Assembly: GCA_045863395.1 (NCBI GenBank)
Contig: BTVJ01000003.1
Location: 195,172 to 259,171 of the forward strand
Source: Myxococcales bacterium
GTDB taxonomy: Bacteria; Myxococcota_A; UBA9042; JABWCM01; BTVJ01
Length of the DNA: 64,000 bases
Direction of reading: 5' to 3'
Program-made: the position numbers and the translations under genes
The notes under the pieces: generated by a model
Databases searched by the model: none
The model's input: only the letters and a program-made list of their open reading frames with translations
What the model was told of the DNA's origin: nothing
Shown: in pieces, positions 25,901-34,113 of the stretch
How positions within the stretch are numbered: the stretch's first letter is position 1
How the letters are laid out: each line of letters opens with the position of its first letter

Positions 25901-28783
25901 ACCGGGGGGCCGAGGGTCGTCGCTCCACCCGCCCCGCCCGGCGTCCGGCAGACGGGGGCGGTCCCACTCCCCACGGTGGCAGGGCTGGGGCGCTTGGACC
26001 TGCGGGAGGCCGAGTCCCTGGCGGGGCACGTCGCGGGCCTTCGACCGTTCGCCGACCTGTTCGCCGCCGGGTCGCCGTGGCGGGCCCCCGATGGAGAGCG
26101 CCCGAGCGTGGCCGGGTGGGGCGCGGACCGCATCGACGCGGCCACCCGTGCCTTGGAAGGGGCTCTGGCGACGGCCCGCGCCTGGGAGGCGCACCGCGCC
26201 CGCATCCAACAGGGGCTCGACGGGTCGCACCGGGCGGCCCTGGTCGCGGTCAGGGACTCGCGGGACGCCCGGACCGACGGTGCCGCTCGCGAGGTCTTTG
26301 CGGCGATCCTGGCCGCGGGAGAGCGCTCCCGGGAGCACCTCGAGGTCGTCGCAGCGGCAGACGCTACCTGGGCGGAGGTCGGCGACGCGGTCGAGCGCGT
26401 GGGCGCGCGCATCGCCTTCGACCCGGGGCAGGAGCTCGAGGCCGCCCTGCCGGTGGCGTCGCGGTGGGCCGGGCGCCTGCTGCGGTTCTTCGCGCTGTCC
26501 TGGTGGCGGGCCCAGAGCGCGATCCGGCGAGCCCTCGCCGCCCACTGGCCCGAGCGTGCGGCCCAGAGGGTGGACGGGGGCCTGCTCGCAGAGCTCCGGA
26601 CGCGGCTCGCCGCCACGCGCGCCTGGAGGGCCCTCGACGCCGCCGCGGGGGTCCTCGGGCTGCGCGGCATGGCGGGTGGGCTCGACGGGGCCAGGGAGCT
26701 CGCGCGCCGCCTGGGCCCTGCCCTCCGGCGCGCGCTGCCCCTCCTGAGCCATCGCGCCCTGCTGCTGGGGGCTGGCGCCTGGCCGTCCCCTCCGAGCCCG
26801 GACGCCCTGGACGCCTGGGACCGGGAGGTCGACGCGCGGATCGCGCTGCTCGAGGCGCAGGAGGCGCACGCGCGGGCGTCAGAGCCGGTGCGCGCGCTGC
26901 TCCCGTGGACGCCGCCGCTGCCCTCCGCAGAGGCGGTCGCCCGCGCCCTGGATGCGTGGCGGCGCGACGCGTGGCGCCTCGTGGACGCTGACTCCCGGGT
27001 CGCCTCTGCGCGGGCGGTGTTCGATCAGGCAGGGAGCATGGTGTCGCTGCTCGCGGACGCGGGTGGCGACTGGGCGGAGCGCGTGCGGCTGGCGTGGGCG
27101 GAGGCCCGCATCGCAGAGGTGGAGAGGATCGCGCCGCACGTGCGCCTGCTGGAGACACCCGTCCCCCACGGTGACGAGCCCGCCGCAGCGGCCCGGCTGC
27201 GGGCCCTCGTCGACCAGATCGCGGCGAGAGAGACCGACCGCCTGCTGGCGAACCGCGACCGGACGGAGCTGCTCCGGGCCGTAGCGGAGCCGGGCAAGCG
27301 CCGCACTACCCTCCAGGCGGCGCGAGAGGCGATGCTCAAGGACGCGAAGAAGCAGCGCAACATCCTGCCGCTGCGCAGCTACGTCCGGCGGTTCGCGGGG
27401 AGCGGCCTGCTCGACGTGCTGCCGGTGTGGCTGCTCTCGCCCGAGACCCTCGCGGTGCTGTTTCCCCGGGAGCCTCTCTTCGACGTCGTGATCATCGACG
27501 AGGCCTCCCAGTGCACGGTGGAGCACGGGCTGCCCGTGCTGATGCGCAGCCGCAGGGTCGTCGTCGCGGGCGACGACAAGCAGATGCCGCCGACGTCCTT
27601 CTTCCAGTCCCAGGCTTCGGAGGAGCCGGAGCCCGACGACGAGCGCCGCGAGGCGCGCGACCTGCTGGACGCCGAGTCGCTGCTCGTGCTGGCGCGCACC
27701 CGGGTCGAGCGCGTGGGCCTGCGCTGGCACTACCGCTGCCTGTTCGAGGAGCTGATCGCGTTCTCGAACTTCTCCATGTACGGCGGTGGGCTGCACACGG
27801 TCCCCTCGACGGCGTCCCCCACCTCGGCGCCTGCGCTTCGCTGGGTGCAGGTGGAGGGCGCCACCTACGACCGGGGCGCCAACGTCGTGGAGGCCCGGCG
27901 GATCGTCGACCTGGTGCATGAGCTGCTGGCGCGCCCGGCGCGGTCGACCATCGGCGTCGTGACGTTCAACCTCGTCCAGCGGCGCGCCATCCTCGACGAG
28001 GTCGACACCCGGCGGGCCACGGACGCCGACTTCCGGGAGCGCTGGGACGAGGCGGCCGGCCGCGACCTCGTCGACGAGCGGCCCTTCGTGAAGAACCTGG
28101 AGTCGGTGCAGGGCGACGAGCGCGACGTCATCATCTTCTCGCTCGGGCACGCCCCCGTCGAGCGCTGCCGCAAGGACGGCCGGGTGGATCGCACGGTCCC
28201 CGCCCGCTTCGGGCCCCTCGGGCAGAAGGGCGGCGCGCGGCGCCTCAACGTGGCGATCTCGCGGGCCAGGCGCGAGACCTGGGTGGTGAGCTCCTTCGAG
28301 CCGTCCCTCCTGTCGGTGGCGAAGAGCCTCCACGACGGCCCGAGGCTGCTCAAGGCGTTCCTGGAGTTCGCGTGGCACCTGGCAGCAGGGCGCCGGGCGC
28401 AGGCGGAGCGGCTGCTCGCGCTGGTGCGGGACGGTGAATCAGGCACAAGCACGTCCTCGCGCCGGACCCTGCCAGGAGGCTACGTCCCCCTTGAGGCGCA
28501 GATCGCGCTCGCCCTCCAGGAGCGGGGCTTCGCCTGCGAGCTCAACGTCGGCAGCTCCGGGTTCCGGGTGCCGCTCGCCGTGGTGGATCCCAAGGACCCG
28601 GCCCGCTACGCGCTGGGCATCCTGTGCGACGACGGCGAGGTCGCCGAGCCCGCCTTCGAGCGCCACGTCCACGTCCCCACGGTCCTCGACGCCCGCGGCT
28701 GGCGCATCGTCCGCGTGAGCGCCCGCGAGTGGCACAGGCGGCGAGACGACGTGCTCGCGCGACTCCACGCAGCCATCGGCTGA
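22952..28783 (+). CDS. M48 metallopeptidase + TerB-like + DUF4011-like + SF1 helicase + Vsr/MTES-like nuclease-fold fusion (Hhe-like)
   Basis: GHELGH, REITADR, THP; ALSDGEL..E and LGADGTV..E; LYVGYPFL...APLVLYPVEL; GPPGTGKS, IIDEASQ, GDDKQMPP, WHYR, VQGDERD, RLNVAISRAR; C-terminal VGSSGFRVPLAV...GILCDD...RGWRIVRV. Confidence 0.85.
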   Translation: MTGSAVAGGGGAAPGRLDVEAVRFAGEIAYARALEETGLVAALGERLATPDGERIRRTLMARSLRLTEGMAPEPYAAARCCAALFGIDRPIEIYQAAGEENAAMHLVDSPVLLEIRGRLLSLLDEPGLVSVMGHELGHYLAHGLWNPHQGAASLANGILAGGDAPPELLSLASRMSMAREITADRFGLMACKDLTAALRCEMVVTTGLSAGSLTWDTVAYLAQCRELMEATLAEGGTALGGTHPEHSLRAWALWLFSETDVYARWAGTGSGSRALAQVDELLLRVLGRDDVSVGTPAALEEPVRELHECALACCVLVALSDGELHDTEAEAIERVFATLVPDWRRYLDWDIACERFAETAVVVAAAGPSAQRSLLSLMVHVLGADGTVESLELDVVCAIGDALGCGPLFRRLLPLALRALGVEVPDLEGRKAPPIPMPARRDEAHAALAVFLEGVARRGGGEVTLRRLLRLLGERQASDQALATVRSALRRADLRCEPEPSDRLDEVLRLDPTPEASARRHGRPPAPVLGADQETLRRALLRLRESLVSGDGRSPAIRLRQARTGRAFDLHDLEAVSMGLSERALALVRGGKEARLVDAAEVGRHDGAKAVAQELIAMEREHKLRFEETGARDLYVGYPFLAGQAAGYLVRAPLVLYPVELVRSDRGARSFSLAPRRDEPPIANQSAIRLLFSKKGYALPDDLVERLDELAADGPEALLGELARLGVSPRVLTGQLGPLTDRLTELLAWAADRLDVEEVAVLGLFPQSSSDLLQDYDSLLAALAEGVHPGEALGCAAELLPADLRERVTGGAAPASARNEPLTPVLYADPSQRAVLARARSARALVVDGPPGTGKSQVIVNLVADAVARGERVAVVCEKRAALDVVVQRLEKVGLRHLLGLVHDVHDDRRGLYRQIAARLEEAADRTWDQAEAARLTQEADALGAALDLRSAALAHRAGALSVGELHTFASGLTVTGGGPLGATGGPRVVAPPAPPGVRQTGAVPLPTVAGLGRLDLREAESLAGHVAGLRPFADLFAAGSPWRAPDGERPSVAGWGADRIDAATRALEGALATARAWEAHRARIQQGLDGSHRAALVAVRDSRDARTDGAAREVFAAILAAGERSREHLEVVAAADATWAEVGDAVERVGARIAFDPGQELEAALPVASRWAGRLLRFFALSWWRAQSAIRRALAAHWPERAAQRVDGGLLAELRTRLAATRAWRALDAAAGVLGLRGMAGGLDGARELARRLGPALRRALPLLSHRALLLGAGAWPSPPSPDALDAWDREVDARIALLEAQEAHARASEPVRALLPWTPPLPSAEAVARALDAWRRDAWRLVDADSRVASARAVFDQAGSMVSLLADAGGDWAERVRLAWAEARIAEVERIAPHVRLLETPVPHGDEPAAAARLRALVDQIAARETDRLLANRDRTELLRAVAEPGKRRTTLQAAREAMLKDAKKQRNILPLRSYVRRFAGSGLLDVLPVWLLSPETLAVLFPREPLFDVVIIDEASQCTVEHGLPVLMRSRRVVVAGDDKQMPPTSFFQSQASEEPEPDDERREARDLLDAESLLVLARTRVERVGLRWHYRCLFEELIAFSNFSMYGGGLHTVPSTASPTSAPALRWVQVEGATYDRGANVVEARRIVDLVHELLARPARSTIGVVTFNLVQRRAILDEVDTRRATDADFRERWDEAAGRDLVDERPFVKNLESVQGDERDVIIFSLGHAPVERCRKDGRVDRTVPARFGPLGQKGGARRLNVAISRARRETWVVSSFEPSLLSVAKSLHDGPRLLKAFLEFAWHLAAGRRAQAERLLALVRDGESGTSTSSRRTLPGGYVPLEAQIALALQERGFACELNVGSSGFRVPLAVVDPKDPARYALGILCDDGEVAEPAFERHVHVPTVLDARGWRIVRVSAREWHRRRDDVLARLHAAIG

Positions 28784-28941
28784 CTGAGGAAGGTCTGGCA
28801 GCGGGGCGACGTGTGGCGGACCCGGTCCAAGGGGCGGGGGTTCACAGAGCGCCACGTCGCGATGGGGGTCCACCTCGGGCTGAAGCCGAAGACGACCGAG
28901 GTGGGCGCCGAGGCGCTCATCAGCCGTATGAGTCAGTGGAA

Positions 28942-28985
28942 ACGAACCTTTACATTATACTTCAGCCAATGATATAATGGTTCGT
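28942..28985 (+). promoter_or_regulatory. AT-rich promoter with overlapping inverted repeat (putative autorepression operator) of hipBA
   Basis: TTTACA(28949)-18 nt-TATAAT(28973); arms acgaacc/ggttcgt and cattata/tataatg; ATG at 28986. Confidence 0.75.
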
Positions 28986-29276
28986 ATGTTTGACACGAAA
29001 ACCCCGCCAGACCTGGCGCGCGACGTGGGCGCGCGCCTGCGCGACCTCAGGCTTCAGCGGAACATGACCCAGATCGACCTCGCCCGGCGCGCCGGCGTGT
29101 CACGCCCAACCATCGGCTCCTTGGAGCGACGCGGTCAGGGAACCATCGAGACCCTGGCGCGCGTCCTCTATGTGCTTGGCAGGGAGCGCGAGCTCGAGGC
29201 GCTGCTTGCTCCCGACCCGCCCTCGACGCTGGAGGATCTGTCGCGGCGCAAGAAGCGCGAGCGGGCCCGGCCATGA
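28986..29276 (+). CDS. XRE-family HTH antitoxin (HipB-like)
   Basis: LRLQRNMTQIDLARRAGVSRPTIGSLE; ATGA overlap with the downstream kinase. Confidence 0.85.
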   Translation: MFDTKTPPDLARDVGARLRDLRLQRNMTQIDLARRAGVSRPTIGSLERRGQGTIETLARVLYVLGRERELEALLAPDPPSTLEDLSRRKKRERARP

Positions 29277-30538
29277 GTCTGCCGCTCCCACAAGGTGCGC
29301 GGCTGCGGGTCTTCTTGTCCGAGGAGGGGACGAGAGTGGGCCTGTGCGGCCTGGCGCGCGCGGGCCGCGGGCGCACCGCGCTCGAGTGGACGGCCGAGGC
29401 GCTCGCGCGCGGCGAGGACGCCGGCGCCAACCAGGTCGTGAGGCAGGCCCCGTTGCTCCCTGGCGTTCACGTGGCCGGCGGGCGGGAGCGAGGGGACTTG
29501 CCGGGCTTCCTGGCAGACAGCCTCCCCGACAGTTGGGGGCGACTGCTCGTGGACAGGCTGCTTCGCGCGCGTGGTGTGGAGCCGGCGTCGCTCACCGGGC
29601 TCGACCGCCTGGCCATCGTGGGCGACCGGGGCCCCGGCGCCCTGGGCTACGAGCCGGACGTTCCGCTGTCGAGGCCGCTGGATGGTGCGGTCGACCTGGA
29701 CAGCCTGGCCGCGGATGCGGAGATCGTCTTGACGGGCCGCGAGCCGGAGCTGCTCGACCGGCTGGTGCAGGCCGGCGGGAGCGCGGGCGGCTCGCGCCCG
29801 AAGGCGTGGATCGCGGAGGACGGGGCCGGGGGGCTGCGGTCCGGCGCGGGGCCCTTGCGGGTTGGGGAGACCGGCTGGCTGGTCAAGTTCCGTGCGCCGG
29901 ATCACGACCCCAAAGACGTCGGGCCGCTCGAGTTCGCGTATGCCCGCATGGCCAGCGCTGCGGGCCTCGAGGTCGCAGAGCCCCGCCTGTTCCAGGGCCG
30001 GCAGGGACGGTACTTTGGGAGCCGCCGCTTCGACCGCGACGGCCCGCGTCGCATCCACGTCTTGACTGCCGCGGCGCTGCTCGACGTCGCCCCGGAGCAG
30101 GCGCTGGCGGCCGACTACGCGGACCTGCTGAAGCTGACGCGCCACGTCACCCGGTCCGAGGGGGAAGCCGTGGAGGCCTACCGCCACGCCGTCTTCAACG
30201 TCCTCGCGCACAACCGGGACGATCACCTCAAGCAGTTCGCGTTCCGGCGTCTCAGCGGGGTGTGGCGGCGCACACCGGCCTACGACCTGCTGTTCAACGA
30301 AGGGCCGGGCGACGAGCACACGCTCCTGGTAGCGGGCGAAGGGCGCCGCCCAGGCCCGGAGCACCTCGTGCGCCTGGCCGCGCTTGCGGGCATCAAGGCG
30401 GCCGCGGCCCGGGACGTCGTGGAGCGGGTGCGCGACGCGGTGGCCCGATTCGAGGACTTCGCCGGGGGCGCCGGTGTGAGCGCCGCGACGACGGACGCCG
30501 TGGCGGAACGGCTGGGGATCGGCCGGACCCGGGCTTGA
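29273..30538 (+). CDS. hipA: HipA-family toxin kinase
   Basis: DSLPDSWG, GSAGGSRPK, WLVKF, RRFDR, HNRDDHLKQF, PAYDL. Confidence 0.9.
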   Translation: MSLPLPQGARLRVFLSEEGTRVGLCGLARAGRGRTALEWTAEALARGEDAGANQVVRQAPLLPGVHVAGGRERGDLPGFLADSLPDSWGRLLVDRLLRARGVEPASLTGLDRLAIVGDRGPGALGYEPDVPLSRPLDGAVDLDSLAADAEIVLTGREPELLDRLVQAGGSAGGSRPKAWIAEDGAGGLRSGAGPLRVGETGWLVKFRAPDHDPKDVGPLEFAYARMASAAGLEVAEPRLFQGRQGRYFGSRRFDRDGPRRIHVLTAAALLDVAPEQALAADYADLLKLTRHVTRSEGEAVEAYRHAVFNVLAHNRDDHLKQFAFRRLSGVWRRTPAYDLLFNEGPGDEHTLLVAGEGRRPGPEHLVRLAALAGIKAAAARDVVERVRDAVARFEDFAGGAGVSAATTDAVAERLGIGRTRA

Positions 30539-30636
30539 ACGGTGGAGGGCCGTGGAGCCAGCCCCGGCGCAGCCTCACCTGGGGGCGGCGCGGCGGCACG
30601 GTCCCCCTGCGCACGCCCCCCGTGGCGCCGAGGCGC

Positions 30637-32778
30637 TCACACCGCCTGCGGCCCGCCGACCTCCACCTCACCTGCCCACGCGGCCGCCCCCTCCACGTCG
30701 AGGAGCGCGTCGCGGAGCACCTCCTGCTCGGCCTCCGGGGGCAGGTGCTCCTGGAAGCTCGACAGGATGGCCGACCGCCTCTCCGTGTCGAACGTCGCCC
30801 ACGCGCCGAGGGGGGGGAGGCTGCCCGTTGCCAGCGCCTCGACGACGCGGAGCGCCGCCTCGCTCACCGCGCCAGCTGGCCCGCGGACGTGGACGGCGAG
30901 GTTGCTCGTCGTCGCGGTGAGGCCCGACAGGTGCTCCACGAGGAGGGCGAGGGTGCGGTTGATGCGGGCGCCGGCGAAGGTGTGCCAGGTCGTGCGGTCC
31001 TTGCCCGGGCGGACGGGGGAGACGCCCAGGGCGCCGGGGAGGCGCGCCCGGAGCCTCAGGGGCGCGACGGACTCCCGGGCCGCGCGGAGCCACCCCCGGC
31101 ACGTCGCGTCGAGGCCGCCGGGCACCTCCGTGCCGACCAGCAGCGCCAGGATGCGCTCGCAGACGGTGCGACTCAGCCCGGCCGGCCGGCCCGTCCACAG
31201 CGGCGCCTCCCCGCCCTTCGTCGGGATCACGCGCAGGATCGCCCGGTCCGGGTCCAGCTCCACCATCCGCCACCCGCGCCCCGCCAGCCGGAAGTCCGGG
31301 CGTCGCGGCCCGAGCTGGAGCGCAAACCACCGCTCCAGGGTGCCGACCTCCACGTCTCCGTGGCGCACCGAGACCGCCTGCGCCGTCTCGAACACCGCGT
31401 AGAGGCGGAAGAACTGCCGCCGGCCGTAGCGGCTCTCCGCGGCACGCCCGAGGACCAGCGCCCCGTCGGCCTCCTCGAGCCACCCCGTCGCCGTCAGGTG
31501 CGCGATCAGCCCGGCGAGCTCCCCGTCGCCGATCCCCGCGAACGACGGCACGAGCCGGAGCCGCCCGAACAGCTCGCCCCGCGTGAGCCCCCCGGCCTCC
31601 AGGACCGCGGCGAAGGCCTGGTGGACGGCCACCGTCCACGCCCTCCGCGACGGGCGCAGGGCCTCGACCCACCCCTCCCGGTGCAGGGACGCCAGGGACA
31701 GCGCCAGCAGCAGATCCTCCGGGCCGTCGACGGCGAAGGTCAGCCGCGCCGTGGCCCCGGCCCGCCGCCCCGTGCGCCCGAGCCGCTGGGCCAGCGACGC
31801 CACGGTGGCTGGCGGGTCCACCTGGACGACGTGGTCCAGGTCGCCGACGTCCACACCGAGCTCCATGCTGCTCGTCGCCACCAGCACCGCCCCCGCCGCG
31901 CCCTCGAAGGCCTGCTCCGCCTGGTCCCGCTCCGCGCGCCCCACGGCGCTGTGGTGGACGAAGGCGCGCTCCCCGAGGGCCTCCAGGGCCCGGCCCACGT
32001 CCTCGGCGCGGCCGCGTCCCTGGACGAACACGAGGCGCTTCGCCCCCTCGGCCTCCCGGACGCACTGCGCCACCTCCGCGACGTCTCGCGCCGCGCGGAA
32101 CCGCAGCTCCGGCTCCCCCGCTCCCCCGGGTGGGCTCACGACCACCGGCGCCGACGCGGCTCCGCTCCCCTGGAGCCACGCCGCCAGGGCTTCCGGGTCC
32201 CCGACCGTGGCCGACAGCCCCACGCGCTGGAGGTGCCGCCCGGCCCGCCGCTGGACCCGCTCCAGCAGGGAGAGCAGGTGCGCCCCCCGCGCGTCGCCGA
32301 CGAAGGCGTGGACCTCGTCGACCACGGCGACCCGCGCCCGCCCGAGCAGCCGCTCGGCGCGCTCCGGGGCCGTCATCAGCAGGACCTCCATGGACTCGGG
32401 CGTGATCAACAAGAGCGCCGGCGGCTCGGCCAGGATCGCCCGCCGCTCCCGCGCGCCCACGTCGCCGTGCCACTTCGCCGCCACGAGCCCCACCGCCTCG
32501 GCCATGCGGCCCAGGCGCGGCGCCTGGTTGTTCAGCAGCGCCCGCAACGGAGAGATCCACAGGACGGAGACCGGCTCCCACCGCTCGGTGAGGACCCGGC
32601 TGAGCACCGGCAGCGCCGCCGCCTCGGTCTTGCCCCCCGCCGTCGGCGCGAGCACCACCGCGTCGCGACCGGCGAGCACCGGCTCGACGGTCATCGCCTG
32701 GACGGGCCGCAGCGATGGAAACCGCAGCACCTCCGCAGCCAGCCACCGCACCGACGGGTGGAGGGCCTCGACGCTCAC
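30637..32778 (-). CDS. brxHI: Lhr-like DEAD/DEAH helicase (BREX BrxHI)
   Basis: APTAGGKTEAA, VVDEVH, GLSAT, VHHS, ATSSMELGVDVG, QRLGRTGRR; GTG 32778 overlaps the brxD stop. Confidence 0.85.
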   Translation of the reverse strand: MSVEALHPSVRWLAAEVLRFPSLRPVQAMTVEPVLAGRDAVVLAPTAGGKTEAAALPVLSRVLTERWEPVSVLWISPLRALLNNQAPRLGRMAEAVGLVAAKWHGDVGARERRAILAEPPALLLITPESMEVLLMTAPERAERLLGRARVAVVDEVHAFVGDARGAHLLSLLERVQRRAGRHLQRVGLSATVGDPEALAAWLQGSGAASAPVVVSPPGGAGEPELRFRAARDVAEVAQCVREAEGAKRLVFVQGRGRAEDVGRALEALGERAFVHHSAVGRAERDQAEQAFEGAAGAVLVATSSMELGVDVGDLDHVVQVDPPATVASLAQRLGRTGRRAGATARLTFAVDGPEDLLLALSLASLHREGWVEALRPSRRAWTVAVHQAFAAVLEAGGLTRGELFGRLRLVPSFAGIGDGELAGLIAHLTATGWLEEADGALVLGRAAESRYGRRQFFRLYAVFETAQAVSVRHGDVEVGTLERWFALQLGPRRPDFRLAGRGWRMVELDPDRAILRVIPTKGGEAPLWTGRPAGLSRTVCERILALLVGTEVPGGLDATCRGWLRAARESVAPLRLRARLPGALGVSPVRPGKDRTTWHTFAGARINRTLALLVEHLSGLTATTSNLAVHVRGPAGAVSEAALRVVEALATGSLPPLGAWATFDTERRSAILSSFQEHLPPEAEQEVLRDALLDVEGAAAWAGEVEVGGPQAV

Positions 32779-34109
32779 AGGTCGAAGCCCTCCGCCAGCG
32801 CGGCCTCCGCCGCCGCTACGTCGCCCCCCTCGAGGGCCGCCCGCTCCGGGGGCTCGAGGGGCGGCGCGTCGGCCTCCAACCGGAAGGCGTAGTGCCTCGC
32901 CGGGTCGTAGGCCGCGTGCTGCCGTGCTCGGCTCAGCACGCCGACCAGCTCCCGGAGGTAGCGCCGCGGCGTGACCTCCACGCGGCCCCCGAACGCGCCG
33001 GCCACCTCGCGGGCGAGCCGCTCGAGGAAGGCGTCGCCGACCCGCGCCGCGCTCCCCGGCCACCGCACGCCGAAGATGCCGCGCACCCGCCGCCCGACCT
33101 CGACCAGCCGCTCCACGTCGAAGGCGGGCAGCCGCACCTGGACGGCGGCCAGGTCCGGGAACGGCCCGTCGTCCAGGCGCCCGATGCGCTGCTGGAGCGG
33201 CTCGAGGAGCGGGACGCCCCGCGGGGAGTCGAAGAAGGTCGTCGTGCCGGCCACCACCAGCAGGAGCCCCGGGACCTGCCCGGCGTCCAGGGCGCCCATC
33301 CAGTTCTGGACGACCTCGAGGCCCGCCCGGCGCACGTCCTGCCGCGGCACCTTCACGAGCCGCTCCGCCTCGTCGACCAGCAGCACGAGGCCCCGGTAGC
33401 CCGCCTGGACGACGACCGCCGCCAGGGCCCGCAGCATCGGCAGGCCATCGGCGTCGCCCACCTTGCCCGCGAGCTGGGCTGCGCGCTTCGCCCCGGCCGC
33501 CACCTTGTCGTCGCCGCCGAGCCACTGGAGCATGGCCCGCGCCGCCGCGGCGTCGTCGTCGAGCGACGCCCTCACGTACGCCGACAGGGCCTGCGCGAAC
33601 ACGGGCGCCGCGTCGACGACCGGCCCGAGCAGCCGCCGCGCCTCGGCGTCCAGCGCCTCGGTGAAGCCCGGGTCGTCCGGGCCGAGGCCGGGCCCCGTCG
33701 CCGGGTCGCCCACCCGCTCGATGACGCCGAGCAGCCACTGGTCGAGCAGCTCCCGCAGCGCCCCGTCGGCGCGCGTGTGGACGCCGAGGCCCGCGCACGC
33801 CGCGCGGTACACCGCCGCGGGCCGGTGCAGCGGCACCTCGGGCCACGCGAGCCGCACGTAGCTCGCCGCGAAGCCGCGCGCCCGCGCGCGCGCCGCCAGG
33901 GCCCGCAGGAAGAAGGTCTTGCCGGAGCCGAACTCCCCCCGCAGGAACCGGTACCGCCCCCGCCGGTCGGCCACCCGCTCGAGCTCCTCGTCCAGCGCCG
34001 CCACGAGGCCGTCGATGCCCGTCGCGAAGTGCTCGAGCCCCACCTCGGGCACCTCGCCGGCCCGCAGGGACTCGATGACGATGTCCGCCGTCCGCGCGTC
34101 GAGCGCCAT
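32775..34109 (-). CDS. brxD: BREX ATP-binding protein BrxD
   Basis: SLRAGEVPEVGL, FLRGEFGSGKTFF, LLVDEAE, PRRYLRELV; position after pglZ. Confidence 0.9.
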   Translation of the reverse strand: MALDARTADIVIESLRAGEVPEVGLEHFATGIDGLVAALDEELERVADRRGRYRFLRGEFGSGKTFFLRALAARARARGFAASYVRLAWPEVPLHRPAAVYRAACAGLGVHTRADGALRELLDQWLLGVIERVGDPATGPGLGPDDPGFTEALDAEARRLLGPVVDAAPVFAQALSAYVRASLDDDAAAARAMLQWLGGDDKVAAGAKRAAQLAGKVGDADGLPMLRALAAVVVQAGYRGLVLLVDEAERLVKVPRQDVRRAGLEVVQNWMGALDAGQVPGLLLVVAGTTTFFDSPRGVPLLEPLQQRIGRLDDGPFPDLAAVQVRLPAFDVERLVEVGRRVRGIFGVRWPGSAARVGDAFLERLAREVAGAFGGRVEVTPRRYLRELVGVLSRARQHAAYDPARHYAFRLEADAPPLEPPERAALEGGDVAAAEAALAEGFDL

Positions 34110-34113
34110 CCCT

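Noticed and set aside
29170..32892. Long ORF of 1240 aa and similar ones (23381..26869, 33919..36972, 34136..37432, 46303..49311)
   Set aside because: Arg/Pro/Gly-rich off-frame or antisense shadows of motif-supported genes.
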